Shown: positions 14,701 to 29,115, counted from the first letter of the stretch. The stretch: 64,000 nucleotides of DNA from Auanema rhodensis (GCA_964057225.1 OZ059900.1:9610001-9674000), one strand, 5' to 3'. Numbers and translations are program-made. The notes: generated by a model not told the origin, from the letters alone.

Positions 14701-16084
14701 GAATTTCAGTCCATTTTTCTCATTTTTCCATGTTAGTTTTAACTATTTTAGAACTATTTGCCAGAAATTCAATCTTTATGCAAATTCATAACAATCTTCA
14801 AAAGCTAGAAAATTTTATTCTGGAAGTTTTGTGCATTCTAATACTTTTCAACGCAATTTATACTAAACACAATCAACAACACTCGTACTTAGCATCACAC
14901 GTTTCTTATTAGAACAAATTATGGAATTTTCGAACAAATCGGCTATAAAACGTTTCACCTTTAAATCTTCTCTTGAGTCATTTCTTGTAATTCGTCAGCT
15001 GATACATAAGAAAGAGCGGGTGAATGTTGTGAGAACAATTGTGGCAATTATCGTCGAGATATCGGCCAATTCAAAATAGATAAGTGAAAAATAAAAATAA
15101 TTAATGGTAACTCTCTGATTACAAAATTTTTTATTTGATCTCTATCTGTTTTCTGCTCAAATGTTCACTTTTTAGTTGTGTTTACTTGATGTACTGTTCC
15201 AAGGCTCGTTTCGCCAATTGCCGTATTGTCCATTAAACTTCTATTACTTCTGTTTTTTCTTATGTTTTGCAACAATTATCTGGCGAAAATGGGCGGAAGA
15301 CACAAAAATGAAAGGAAAAATGCAAATAAAAAAAAATGTTTTTTTTTCAATATTATTTGTTCCACTACAATTTACTAGCTAATATAAAAACTTTATAAAA
15401 TCAACAGCCACTTTTTGATATTTAATCATTTTTCGTTGTGATCATATGAAAACGTTTTTGTTTTCATCAATTTTAAGTCGTAATGAACCTAATCTGTGAT
15501 CGTTTGGAAATATTAATTGTCGTTTTGATTTCTGTTTTTGATACTTTCATATTAAACATCGATTATTCAATCATTTCTATATTTCATAAAAGCTTAGAAG
15601 CTTGAACATTTGCTTAGTTTATGCTATAACCGTGAATATTACATATTTATTCTGTTTTATATGCCTCTATTATTCTTTAGTAATACCTCAATGCATTGCA
15701 TTCTAAGGCAGTCGCAGAGTGTCAGCTATCTATAACAATTCTACAACAAAGCCAATCAAACTATATGCTCGATTAGCATCATTCAGCCATCTACTTGTTA
15801 ACTATTCAAATAGCTTTGCGTAGAAATTTCTGAGACATTTCGCTCTGTGCTTTGAGTTTGCTTGTTAGCCAGCTTGTTGATTCTTCTTGATTTCATGCTT
15901 TCGCAAAGCAAAAACATATCTTAGTTAACGTAAAATAATTTTTGAAAATCTTCAATTTTGTGCTCTTTTCACAGGTCTGGGAAAACTGGGCAAAAATCTG
16001 TTTCAGGGTATTTTCTAATATTCCACTTTTTTTGTTAGTTCAATCTTTTCACTGTTTTCGAGGTTATTAAATGACTATTCTTAG

Positions 16085-16486
16085 TCTCCAAAAGACCTAC
16101 CAAGTCTTACAAATCTTGACCTCGAAGAGCTCGTTAAGGAGTTAAAAATAAAAGATTTCTGTGGTGTTTTCATGCAAGATACTTTCCCAAATAAGATACT
16201 CTCAAGAGAAGTCGGAATTGTGAATTTAGATTCTTCAAAAGACATGAGTACTCATTGGGTTTAATTTAAAAATATGAAGGAAAAAAGTTATTACTTTGAT
16301 TCTTTCGGATTAGATCCACCTCTAGACATTATCAATTATCTAAAAAATAATGGTAAAGAGGATAATATAATTGAATGTTTGACATTTCATATACTAGATT
16401 TTGGTACACATAATTGTGGCTATTACTGCCTTCTAGTTTTGAAAATGCTTGAATTTGTGATTTTCAAAAAGTTGTGTTATCTTTAA
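16085..16486 (+). pseudogene. Adenain-like (adenovirus-type) cysteine protease pseudogene
   Basis: One frame reads LTNLDLEELVKELKIKDFCGVFMQDTFP...GIVNLDSSKDMSTHWV*FKNMKEKSYYFDSFGLDPP...HNCGYYC. The HW, YFDSFG and CGxYC motifs are present. Premature TAA at 16262-16264, no in-frame ATG, and the oxyanion Gln is not seen. Confidence 0.85.
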
Positions 16487-17034
16487 TTTAAATTTTGTTG
16501 AACATCTGTTTTAATCTCAATATTTTCATGAGCGATTGCTGCGAAAATTGACAAATCATTTTTAGAGAGGATAATGTTGATTTAAAATAGTCTTGTTGTC
16601 TCTCTCTTCGAGTGTGTCAGACTTTAACTTTCCGAGAGAAATAGGTCGATCGAATGATAACATCTTCTTTCTCTCTTATTTTCAATCTGTTGGTTGTTTC
16701 ATAATAACCACACATATTGCATTCTTATATTAGAAGCGACTATTACAAAAATTGTTCATATTTCCTCTCTTTATATATCGCTGGTGCAATATATTTCCAA
16801 GGAAATCTATGTTGACAACACTCATCGTATGCCTCTGTATTGGAACCAATATACATACAGGTAAGAGCGCCTTAATAATTAGAATATATTGTTGCACAAA
16901 TGGAAATGTCACGTTTTTGGCTAATGTGCGTCTTTTAGGTAGCACCAGCAGCGCCCCCTTCGATCTCTACATTAACGACCGCTGCTCCAACAGACAGTAC
17001 ACGTGTTTTCGCACCTGCGTCTTTAACTTTCGAC

Positions 17035-17533
17035 ATGGACGCGGAGCTGAAAAAGATAGCCATCACCTGCCTCACCAATCGAGAGCACGAGCTGCTATCG
17101 GGCGACATTCTTCAATACAGATTGGCCAGAACTGTAAATGTAAATTTGGTTCTCGAAGCGCAAGAAGTTATTGGCCTGGCGGAGTTGCGGGACGTGCTTG
17201 GATTTGCACCACTCGGGCCTTGGACTAACTATACGGAGCCGAGCGAAGACGAGATTGCAGCCGCCCCCACGATCGAGGCCTACTATAAACTGAGAGCCAC
17301 GCAGTGAGACGCGCAGCCTAGACAGCCAATTCTTTTATGAGAAAAGCTTTCCTCCCGCCATCGCGTTCCTGGACAAGCGGATTCCAGCCATTCGCACCAT
17401 TTATCGACACAAATTTGAAGAGATTCGTCGTCGTCCTAATGCAAACGTGACAATAGATAGGAAAGAAGTTGATCGCATGATTGATGAGTTTATCACCATT
17501 TCCCTCCGTATATACAATGCGTTTTCTCTTTGA
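17035..17533 (+). pseudogene. Frameshifted intronless ORF of unknown function, probably part of the Polinton-like element
   Basis: MDAELKKIAITC...EAYYKLR (17035-17300) continues after a frameshift as RSLDSQFFYEKSFPPAIAFLDKRIPAIRTIYRHKFEEIRRR...YNAFSL*. GC is clearly above host background. Confidence 0.6.
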
Positions 17534-17739
17534 AAGCCTTGCAAGCATAATGCAAACCAGTAGACACCGTTTCACGATTTCCATACGTAAGAAATTGTTA
17601 AATTTATTGTTTGTAAATGCATATATCTGTTATAGCCCAAAATAAAAAAACTCAAGTACAAATTTTTTATTCAGTGAAGGATTTGCTTTAACAAGGGAAA
17701 CTCGGGAACATGAACTACACGACTCATTGAGCAGATAGA

Positions 17740-18030
17740 TAGATAGGGGAAATGGAGTGCAGGCTTCTAACGAGCAGACTACTTGCATTTTATTACGTCC
17801 TCACAAACCTTCTCGATGGCCACCTGAAAATGTACTGAGTTCAAAATTATTTCTAAAGAAAATATTATGTAAAAAATACCTGTCTACGATTTGCATGAAT
17901 TCCGATTTGCATTCTTTGCCAGCTTCGCGACACAGCTTGTCCCCTGCTGATCTGTTGAGTTGCTCGATCGCATCCTTAAGACTTGAAAATAGAAGCTTAT
18001 TAGTGGCATTAAGCAAAAAGGTATGCTTAC
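17740..18030 (-). pseudogene. Disrupted intronless Cys-containing ORF, convergent with the previous one
   Basis: LNATNKLLFSSLKDAIEQLNRSAGDKLCREAGKECKSEFMQIVDRYFLHNIFFRNNFELSTFSGGHR; coding-like sequence continues past the stop; lies within the relic. Confidence 0.45.
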
Positions 18031-21000
18031 GGAGATTGAGATGTTGAACAGGCTAGAACTAATAAAATTATTGCTATACACTGTCGGGCAGGCTAAAATA
18101 GAGCTTTATCCCTTGCTTTTTTGAAAATAATTTTTATGTGAAAAGAAAAGAAAAAAATTATTTCATCTTAATTTTTCTTGATTTCAAGCATTTAGAAATA
18201 AAATAGAAATGCTAATAAGTGTAGAAAGTAGTGAGATAATTCTCAGTCACGTCAGTCAATCGTCATACATGAAATGAAAAAAAATCATTTTCGTGGGAGA
18301 CAATAGAACAAAGTGTGGGATGAATGACGAAGAAAAACGCGAATAGGGCCTCCCATGCTGATTAGGAGTTGTAATCTAATATTATTCGCAAAAATGTCTC
18401 TATGCATAATTAAATCGTCTTAAAACAAACATCTGGACATGAAAATTATTTGTCATCTGTCTTTTTTCTTTTGCCTTTTTTGAGCAAATGATCTGATTTC
18501 ACACAATTGTTATTTCATAGATCTTCAGCCTATTTTCATATTTTTTTTTGCTTTTTTTAGAAACAAACAAAAATCATTTTTCTAAATATTGTCAGAGCGA
18601 TGAAGATGAACAATTGTTTCTTAGCCATATGTTTTTATTCCTATTCTCATGAATTATGTTAATAATCTTTTTTTTTGTTGGTATATAGATTTGTTTTTAG
18701 ATTGAGCTAATGTTCTTTGATTACTTATTGGTTTCTATCAGTTATGCTGGTAGTGTTTGAAGCTGAAATCAAACTATGCTCATCACAATGCCATGAGTTT
18801 TCAGTAAAACAAAAATCACAAAGTCTTTTCGGTTGCTGTGCATATTTGGCTTTTCAAAAAGAACAAATTTTTAAAAAAAGCACTTCACTCTTTTTTTCTT
18901 TTTCCGGTTGGACTTCTTTTATTCAATTATCGTTTCATTCATATCTTCATTTATCAGATTCTTTACTGATTTTTCTCAAAAATTGTCTGAATTCCATAAT
19001 GAACATAATTGGTTTAGTTTTTTTTTTTAAATCATATGTTCAATTTCGTCAAAGAATTACTTATATGATTACTGGTTTTTTTCAACTTGTACTCAAAAAT
19101 GCATTGAAGAAGGCTGCTTTTTCTCTTCATTATTCCCCCCCCCCTCCAACCTAGTGTCTATGTTTTCAATTGTGCCAGTCAGCACAACGAATCTATGGAT
19201 ATAATCTGCTTTTTGTTCAACATATACTTGCCATTGAAAACAAGTTATCATTCAATTCGTATTTCTTATTTCAGCTTTGATTAGTCCAATGAGTCTATGG
19301 CATTTCATAGAAATACAACAAATTCCGTTAATCCATCAAATCATTCATATCCACTAAATATAGTTTTATTCTTTCTTCTCATGTATGTTTGATTTTTTTT
19401 CATTTAAAAATTTCTAATTCCTGGTTTAAAGCTATTTCAAATTCAAGTCGAATGTCAGTAGATTTAGTCTGTTTATACTTAGAAATATTGGATTAAATGA
19501 ACAAAAAAAGTCTTGTTCTCGCAAAAGAAATTGAGCAATCTGATGATTTATACATTGTTCGATCTTTCGATTTTTTTAGCTTGTATTCATTCTAAAAATT
19601 GAAAGATTGAGCTTTTTTTATGAATAAAAGGATTATCTTATTTTCACATTTTCATTATATGGCTGCTCTTACTCTAGACGAGTTTTTTTCAAAGTTTTTG
19701 AACATTAATCGACCACTTTCCCACTAAGTTTCAACTAGCATGACGAAACTTTTAAATATGTTGGGATAACTAGACTAATTAGCAATTTCAGCAAAATACT
19801 TATTGCTTTTACGTTTGCTATTTTACCCACTTTTAAAACGTTTTGACATATTTTGCGTTATAAGGATGTAGAAACCATCAGCAGAATGCAAAAACTAAAT
19901 TAAAGCTCGCACATTTTTTGAACACCAAACCTTCTGCCTATATTTTTTCCAGTCACTGAGCAATCATCTTGAGCTTGAATTACGTTATGTTTTCATTTTT
20001 TCTTTTATATCCTATTGTTTCTTCCTCATTCCATTTACTTAAACACAAAATATTTGATGTTTCATAATATATTGAATTGGCTTCCGGAAATCAGAATAAG
20101 ATTGAAGCTAGCATATACTACTTTGCAAATAAGTTCGTGAATGAGATCAGAAAGTTTGGGCATTATTGCAGTAATTATGATCTTTTGCTTTTTTGCATCT
20201 TTTTGGCTATGAAGAATATTGTTGTTTAGACTGAAAAAAAAAGTTTGGATTCTATTTGAAATATTTTTTTCGTGTGAATTATTCCACTAAGACATCAAAT
20301 TGAAAGTTTTTTTTCTCATTTTACTTGAAATAAAAAGGAATTGTCTATCTATATGAAATACCATAGAATCAAAAGAAATTCAGTCGTTTTTTCTTGTTTT
20401 AAAAAGAATTTCTCAAAAAAAGTAGACAACATTGCGTGCTGCTGTCTATTGCTCATGAAACAACTTTAAATTATCTTACAATGTCTCATTCTTCCGTATT
20501 TCTCTTTTTGGTGACCAATAATCTATGAATTTAGTTATACTAGGAAAATCTTGTAAAACTTCTCGTTAAACATTTCCGTTTTCTTTGATATATTTAGAAT
20601 TTTGCACTGTTTTATTATATACATAACATCTTCGATCTGTCCTAAGCTGTGATGTTCGATAACTGCTTTGACTGCAAGCTGATATATGATGTAATGGTCT
20701 AGCTGATTGTCTCTGTATTCTTTCTTTGCAATGCTGCTCCCAAAAAAGCTTGTATGAAGTTCAACTGCAATGCATGAATTTCGGCTAATTGCTTCAAATT
20801 GAAGCTTCCAGATTTGGATCCAGGAAAAGCCAAGTTATTTCATCTATGTCTTGCAATTGCTGCATGCCCGAATAAAGCATCAATGGAATTGATACAAATT
20901 TCAAGTAGCCTAGATTTCTTAGTCAAATCACAAATTGACGACATTGCGTGAACGATATAGACAAATTTTTGTCAAGACCGGAAATATCACTCTTTCTAAA

Positions 21001-24000
21001 CCAATGCAAAAGAGAAAAGTCAAGCTGAATCGGAAACGACCCGGGCAGCCATCTGCAGTCTTGAACTCTGAATTAGCTGTGTGAAAGTCTTCTGAAATGT
21101 TCATTTTATTGTTTGTACATCAACCAAGTAATCTATAACCACATGGTTGACGATAATATTGTTTCAATACCTCGTTTCATGCTTATCTGAGAAGTTATGA
21201 GCTTTTTTTTATTTATTTTGACTGTGTTGTGAGTATATTTCCGAGTGCATGTAAAAATAAAAAGTTCAGTAAAAAAGAATGTCGATGTTTGGTCTGCTGC
21301 CAACAGAATTTGAAGAATATTTTGATTAAAAAAAAGTTGTATAGTTATTGTATGCTCAAAAATTTCATTTCTCTTTTTTTTGTTCTTAGCTCACATAAAA
21401 AAAAGAGAATGCTATGAAAATTTTTTTATAATCTCACATGAAGGTATAAATCTTCTATCTATATGTATGCACATACATAAATTAATATATGACATATCTA
21501 TATCATATAATATATGTTATATATACAAATTGTTTTTTTTTATGTTATGGAACAGCTTCATGATTTTCTAATCCGTTATAATTTGTTTTTCTTCATGAAT
21601 ATACCTCCGTAACAATCATTATAATTTAGTTTTGACAATAATGGTGAACTAATGATATTATATATCTATAACTATATAATTTTGGCTATAGATAATAACA
21701 TATAACTGAGGCTATATTGATATAATCCTGAAAAAATATATATATCAGTGTCTTTTTCTCTTTGATGTTATTTTAGAATAGATCGATATATCATTTTTTA
21801 TAATTTTCATTTTCATATTTTGTGTTTGGTGCTTCCTAAGTCTAGAAACAGTTGTTTGAGCAATGTTTTTTTAATATATTTTTTTGAAATTTCAGAAAAA
21901 AAATTGTAAACAATAAAAAGGTGTGGGGGAAATATGTACCACAGATCAATCTAGATTTTCTTTATAAGTTTTCATTATATTATATGCATGTCTACCTGTT
22001 ATTCTATTTCTTTCAGTGTAACATCATATACTTCTTGTCCTCTTATTTTTTTTCCTATTTTTATTGAATTATTTAATAATAAAAAGATGAATGTCTCATT
22101 CATTATTTATAAGCTAAATAGAGTAGTCTAAAAAAGCTTGAAATGGCTATTAGCATGCTAAGTAAACCAAACAGCATTGAATTTGAATACTTGTTCTAAG
22201 TGGAAAGGTGAAAGATGTTTTTTATCTTTATATAGTGCTTTTTTGGATCAATCAATTAATAAGCTATTTTATGAAATGAGCGAAGTTCAAAGACCTCCGT
22301 GCGATTATAAAACGTTTTTTTGACCAAATTATCTGATGATGTTAACCCCCTCTATTCGTATATTACGGCTCATTCAATCATAGAATAACAATGCACTCAT
22401 AAAATGTTATATATATAGTATAACAAAGTATATTTATATTGGCAAAGTGTAATTTCCATTTTTGTTAGCTCATAAATCATCTTTTCAACTTATTTTTTTC
22501 ATTGCTCTAGTTGCAATTTATTGTTTATATTCTTAAATCGAATTAGAGTTTATGGCGTTGAAAATCATTCTTCAGAATAATATATCATGTTTTCTTCATT
22601 GTTCACAATTGTTTCCACAATTTTTTGGCCTTCTTGAATTACGTCACGGTTTCAGCTTTATGTTAACTTTATATACGGTTTTTATTTTGCAACGAACACA
22701 TCTCGGATACATGATTTCTGATCATGTGAAGTTTACGTAAAAGATAATCTCTGGGCATCCAGGAATACCTTGCAGGACTTCGAATATCATGTTTTTATTT
22801 TATTTTTAATCTACTCAGCTATTCTCAAGCAGAAAAAAAGTTTGATGAAGCACTTTATTAGATATTAACTCAATTTATATCGTGTCATGAAGCAATCTAG
22901 TTTAACTAGAAAAATAGCTGGGAATGGTATCACATAGTAAATAAGTAAAACATGCTTGATGTAACGGATGTGTACATAAATAAAAAAAGGTTTCATCAAG
23001 TTAATCAGCATCAGATTTCCCATCATCAATGTTTACTCAGCTTGATACTAGATAATCTAAGATCAAGTAATGTATTTCTTCAATTACATCTCAGAAGCCA
23101 TTTTTTCTCATTTTGATGAAAAGATTCATTTCTTTTCCAACATATTTTCTTATTATTTATGAATAAAACATTAAAATATTTCAATCAATATATTAATTTT
23201 TCTTCCAGTCATTTCCATTTTTGAATTAAGATAATTCGTAGAATCCATGTAATGTTCACACATCACCACCATTTCTATTTTCTATTGAAGACATCATTTT
23301 TTAAAGTGCGGCATTTTCAAAAATATTGGGTGGCCATGACGTTGAGCACGGCCAAGTAAACGTCGTCATATGCTGTCAGCATTGTCAGATGGGCATATCC
23401 GTTTGAGCTGCTCATGTCATCGATGACAGACTAATAGACGTTGAACAACGAATATTCATAGACAATTAAACTGAGCTGTTCGCTTTCATTGAGATATTAT
23501 AATTTATTTCTTTACCTATTACCTTCTCGATGAATATACTTAAGGTCATGCATATTTATACTCAAAATGTCCTTTCATTTCAAAAAACAGCTCCCATATT
23601 ATTGTTTTTCGATTGAATCACGTAATCCCAAGTCTATTTTTTTTTCAATCTATCATTTCAAATCTTTATATATAAACAATTTGTATATCTGCCAAGTAAT
23701 TGTGTAATATCTTGTAAACCCTATGGATTTTGCTGACAGTTGGCTTACTTATCAGTCATCTCACTATTTCAAAAATGCTCTCAATTGCATTTGCCTTGCA
23801 AAATCCTCTTCCGCAACGAACAAGAGCAATTTTTCTCTTAAAATTTTTGAAAGAATTCAATTGATCCCCATTCAATCATTCATATGTTCTACCTTTTTCC
23901 TTGATTTTGTTGGTGCATTCTTTGTAAAAATATAATTTATGTTGTTTCATTTGTGAAACTTTTGCATGTTTGAAGAATAATTCTCTCTGGTGCATTCTCA

Positions 24001-25004
24001 TGTAAACATCATCAACTAAACGAAATAGCCATACATACATGTATACACACACACATACACATCCAATATTTTCTTTTTGTCTAATAATAGTTTTGCAAAT
24101 TTTTCTTGATGCATTGAAAGAAAGAAAAGTTCCGTATTCTGAGATCAATCTAATTATTTAATCATAACATGTATGAAATCTTATATCAACATTCATGTAT
24201 ATATATATATATATTCATTCCTGTTAATTTAAAGAGATGACGTACTAGCGTGCATATTCATTCTTCTCATACTTTTTTTTTATTTCTATGATCATGTAAG
24301 ATCTTGTCATTCTGTCGGAAAGCCTATACTAAGCAATCTGTCATTAAGCATTACACGAACGTCAACGGAAGAATTCTCTTGGCATACCTATGAATCATAT
24401 AGGTCATATTCACCTCATATCTTGAGATGCACTCAATATTCTCCGCAGTTAAAGAACATTTTTTTGAGGTTGGGGTACAATGAGTTTAAAGTGTAACACT
24501 CATTACATTGTGACTTTGACCAAATTAATGTAATTGAGTAACGCCTATTTCCTGAGGTGGCATTGAAAACGTTCTATAGAAATCTTTTCGTAGCTTGAAA
24601 TTTTTCTTGTAGGACTTAAAGGGAATTAAACGCATTGATGAGTAATTCATTCGATAGTCATGACATAAATAAGCTATTTAAGTATTTTAAAGAAAATATT
24701 TGATGATTCTCGTTGTCATCCGTCATCTTGCAAATGCAAAACGTGAACCGATCATGATCTTGCCATATGGTTTCACTGAATGTACATTTTCCTAACTAAC
24801 TTGTCTTTTACTTTCTTATGAATTTTTATGAATTATCCTTCTTTTTTTTTATTTAAACGAGATGTTGTGCTCAAATATTTGCTGCACATTTCCGCTGCTC
24901 ACCTTCGCTGATATATTTTAAGTCGTGGCCTCTATAAGCCGTTCATAATATTTCAGCAGAATGATGTTTTTCCATCTTATCTTTCTTGACGTTCCGTTCA
25001 CTAA

Positions 25005-25038
<34 letters not shown>

Positions 25039-25851
25039 ATGTATATGTATGAATTAACTTTTTTTTTCAAGATTTTACTGATCGAGTTATAAATCTCATC
25101 AAACATCAAAGCATATTCCAGCTGATAGCCAACTCATTTCTTTTCCATATTCTGTGCTGATAAATATGTTTTGATCGAATAATTTGTCTCTAGCTCCTCC
25201 TTTCCCTCTTTCGATGATCAAATGTGAAAAAATAATGTTAAATAAGCAATAGATTAAGATTTACTCCTACATTCCTATATTCGAACATGCATATCATATT
25301 TTCTTAGAATATCAGCTAATCCTTAATGCTTTTCCTTAAACTTATATATATATTTTAAATATTTCACACATTCTTACCTATAAATGTGTTTATTAAGGAT
25401 GAGAATTAAGCATTCCTATTCCTTTTTCACGATTTCTTGAAGTAATTTATTGTTTTTTTATGCATTTATTTCTATAAGATTGTAGCAAAATATTGTAGGC
25501 AACTAACTCCAAGTTTACGTGTATTGTTTAAAGAACGGCAAAAAAAAGTTTTTTGTATTTATTGCCTTGCGTGTAGTATGGTTTTTGTACCTTTGTTGTA
25601 TTATTTATGTTATTTATGTTATTTTTTTATGAAATTACCATATTATGAGTAACTTTATTCATTTTATTACTTATTTATTACTTTTTTTTAAAGATTTAAA
25701 GCTTTAATCTAATTTCTATTAAATTCTCATGCATTTATTTAATTATTACAGAAATCGCTTTTATTATCAACATACAAACATTAACATATATCAGAGCTTT
25801 AATATTCACTGAATACTATATTAACTATATAAATCTGTTTGTTCGAGAAAC

Positions 25852-27753
25852 ATGGATTCCACAACTACGATTGCTGAAGCAGAAAAAGATATGGATTATG
25901 TAAAGTCAAATATTTTGCCAACAGTAGAACTCGTTCTGGGATTAATTACATATTTTGTGAGTAAATAACATTTTTTTCACTTTGATATTCGAGAAAACAC
26001 AAACTTAATTAAGTTTTGATTATTTTCAGTATATTCATTAAATATTTAAAACTAAAAATATTTAATTTAATTTTGATTACAAACATTGATTATTGTTTCA
26101 ATATTCAGGTTATTATTGCTATGACTGTTGTGGGTAACACGCTCGTTGTTGTGGCTGTTTTCAGCTATCGTCCCTTGAAAAAAGTTCAAAACTATTTTCT
26201 TGTATCATTGGCAGCCTCAGATTTAGCCGTTGCTATATTTGTCATGCCACTGCATGTGGTTCAGTTTTTAGCTGGTGAGTTAGTTTACATAATAATCATT
26301 TTGATTGCAAAACGAGACAAGAAATATGTGAATGATTTAATAATGTTTGAACATCTTTTGTCTAATTATCTAATCAAAATAAACTATTTAACCAAAATAT
26401 CAAGATAACATTTATTTTCTTTAGATGGACGATGGCTATTGGGCATCTACGTCTGTCAATTTTTCACAACAGCTGATATACTTTTATGTACTTCATCTAT
26501 TTTGAATTTGTGTGCTATTGCTATTGATAGGTAAGATAACTATACCATCACATAGTTTTATCTTGTATTATATATTATTCAAGTTTTAATTGAATATTTG
26601 TTTTAGGTACTGTGCCATTCATGATCCAATTAATTATGCTCACAAAAGGTCTCCAAAATTTGTTTGTAAAATAATAGCTATTGTAAGACTTTATTTAATA
26701 ATATTAATTAGTTTGTGTAATATTTGTAGGTTTGGGCGTTATCCGCATTAATATCAGTTCCACCTCTGATTGGTTGGAATGATTGGAGCTCACAATCTCT
26801 TCGAGATCATTGCCAGCTTTCTACAGAAAAGTACTGAAAAACATTTATAGTTCTGAGTACATTAATTTTTTTAATTTAAGAGCTTTTGTTATTTATTCCG
26901 CAATGGGTTCATTCTTTTTGCCACTTCTAGTAATGGTAATCGTCTACTTGAAAATCTTTTTGAATGCCCGTCAACGTATACGTACTAATCGAGGTATATC
27001 CTTGTATGTATGGATAATCAAAAACATTATATTTCCAAATAGGCCGAAGTGCTTTAATGCGTATACAAAACCCTGAAGAAATAGGAATACTTACAACAGA
27101 TGACAGTCGTGGTAAACAGAGCAAACGAAGCTCAGCAGTAAGGACTGATCTCTCATCTTTGGCAAGAAAATCGGTTCGTACCATGTTTTGAAAGCAAAAT
27201 TACATTATAATACATGTTACAGCTATCAGAACGCAGTGTTTCCGAGTTGCCTATGGAGATTCGCAAATCTCTTCGTAATGGTCGCAGTAAAAAAGACTCA
27301 TTAGCTGCCAGAGAATCATTAACTAAAGATGTACGCCTTAACTTTTTTTGCAAATAACCTACTTCATTCACTTTAGAATCCAGCAGCTGTTTTGCGTAAA
27401 CGTGAAAAAATTAGTGTAGCTAAAGAAAGACGTGCAGCAAAAACAATTGCAGTTATTATATTTGTTTTCTCATTTTGCTGGCTGCCATTCTTTACGGTTT
27501 ATGTTATAATTCCATTCTGTGACTCGTGCTCTATTCATCCTAAGGTAATAATTTATTTTTAATACTTGTTTCTTCTTAATATTATGTTTTTAAGGTTCAA
27601 CAAGCATTCACATGGCTGGGCTATATTAATTCATCTCTGAATCCGTTCTTATACGGAATTCTGAATTTAGAGTTTCGTCGGGCATTTAAACGAATTCTCT
27701 GTCCCAAATCGAGCCTCGAAGAGCAGAGACGACGACTAAGCGCAGCACCTTAA
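25852..27753 (+). CDS. ser-2: Tyramine receptor SER-2 orthologue (class A GPCR), 10 coding exons; further 5' exons may exist
   Basis: Spliced product [14 protein letters not shown]|[51 protein letters not shown]...[21 protein letters not shown]...[32 protein letters not shown]...[25 protein letters not shown]...[10 protein letters not shown] closely matches recalled C. elegans SER-2. Confidence 0.93.
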
Positions 27754-28888
27754 GCTCATTCAAATCATCCAATGAATATGAGTCAATGAAAAAAATACGT
27801 AATACATGTTTCTTCTCAATATATTAGCAATAATTTGTTTCTCATATAATGATTCTCCTTCTTCTTCTTTTTTTTTATCAAAATATATGATTAGGATAGA
27901 ACTGATAAATAGGAAATATGTTCTAACGAATATTGTTTTACTATAACTAAAGAGAAATGAGCATATGATATACAATTATAAAATTATTACCATATTTCGA
28001 TATTGAAAAATCTTTAAATATTTCATTCATAAACGATTATCTTTCTTTAGCACCGTTCCATTACAATCACTTAAAAAAACTGTTATTATGCGAAAGATTT
28101 TTCATAGTTTAAATTTGTGGTATTTTCATCCTAACAACGCTAGAACAAACTATTTTCTTTTTTTTTTCTTATAATGTTTATGTTTGAAAATTTCAGTTCC
28201 TCTTTGTTCAGTATATTTTCAAATTTATTATGTAAATGTTTATAATATATTATAGTTACTTTGTAATAAATTTTTAATTGAAATAATCATAATTATTTCT
28301 TCAACTTTTTACGTTCTTGATTTTCATAATTGCTGTAAAGTTTCACAGTTTTCTATTTGTCATTCGTTGTTTGGAATTGAAACCATCCTTCTCATCTAGA
28401 TGTGTTTTACGTAAACAGTAATGTGATAAAATAATTTCAAGAAAAAAATTCTGATGATAAGACAAAAGGAGATACTGTACTCAACATATTTATAATCTAT
28501 GCTGTGTTATAGGACGTGAGATCTGTTATTTGATATTTTGCTGAATAGAGCCTAGGAATAGCTCTTGATTTATGTTTCTAAAAGTTTTCCTGAAGATGAT
28601 TGCTAAAGCATGGTTATAACGTTTACGTTATCGTATTTTCTCTTCATTTCAGTATTATTTAGGCTACAAGTGTTTTTTTAATTATTGTATAAAAGCGCTT
28701 TTGTAAATCACAACCAGCTGATCATTCGTACTTGTTCGAGTAAACAAGACATTTTTTATTTTTTATCAATCAATTAAATGTTAAAAAAAACTCTTATTAT
28801 GACGTAATTCATGGAAAATCTTTAGAACTCTATTGAAAAGGAGACAAAGAGCTAACTCTAGACAACAACTTCATTTGATTAATTGTAT

Positions 28889-29007
28889 CAGCTCTAATCG
28901 ATGCTGCTGACAGTAGGCTATCTTGTAAGATCTGGTACCTCACCCAACGCGGCTACTGGTTAGTACTAAACGTGAAGTCGGCTTGTTCAAACTATTTCAA
29001 AATTTTT
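28889..29007 (+). pseudogene. Degenerate 5S rRNA copy
   Basis: 28908-28986 aligns without gaps to the intact 5S in this window: TGACAGTAGGCTATCTTGTAAGATCTGGTACCTCACCCAACGCGGCTACTGGTTAGTACT..AGTCGGCTTG vs TGAAAGTACGCCATCCCGTCCGATCTGGCAAGTCAAGCAACGTTGGGCCCGGTTAGTACT..AGACGGCTTG. Both ends are decayed; outer coordinates are extrapolated. Confidence 0.7.
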
Positions 29008-29029
29008 TATGATTTCAAAGATACGGTAT

Positions 29030-29115
29030 GTTATTGACAAATATGATCACGTAGGTGCTCCAATGCGACGCGGGATTATTTGTCAACACGAGTAATTCAA
29101 ACAGCGTATTCAAAC
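29030..29115 (+). promoter_or_regulatory. Conserved upstream block with CGCGGGAT (E2F-like) and ATTCAAA (CHR-like) motifs
   Basis: Homologous to 36415-36487 (-) and shares its core with ~46118-46146. Each copy lies 120-240 bp upstream of an orphan gene ATG. Confidence 0.55.

Larger units (their letters stand above)
15970..18110. mobile_element. Decayed Maverick/Polinton (adintovirus-like) fragment; boundaries approximate
   Basis: Intronless, locally GC-richer block with an adenain-type protease pseudogene and closely packed disrupted ORFs on both strands. No pPolB, integrase or TIRs seen. Confidence 0.65.
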
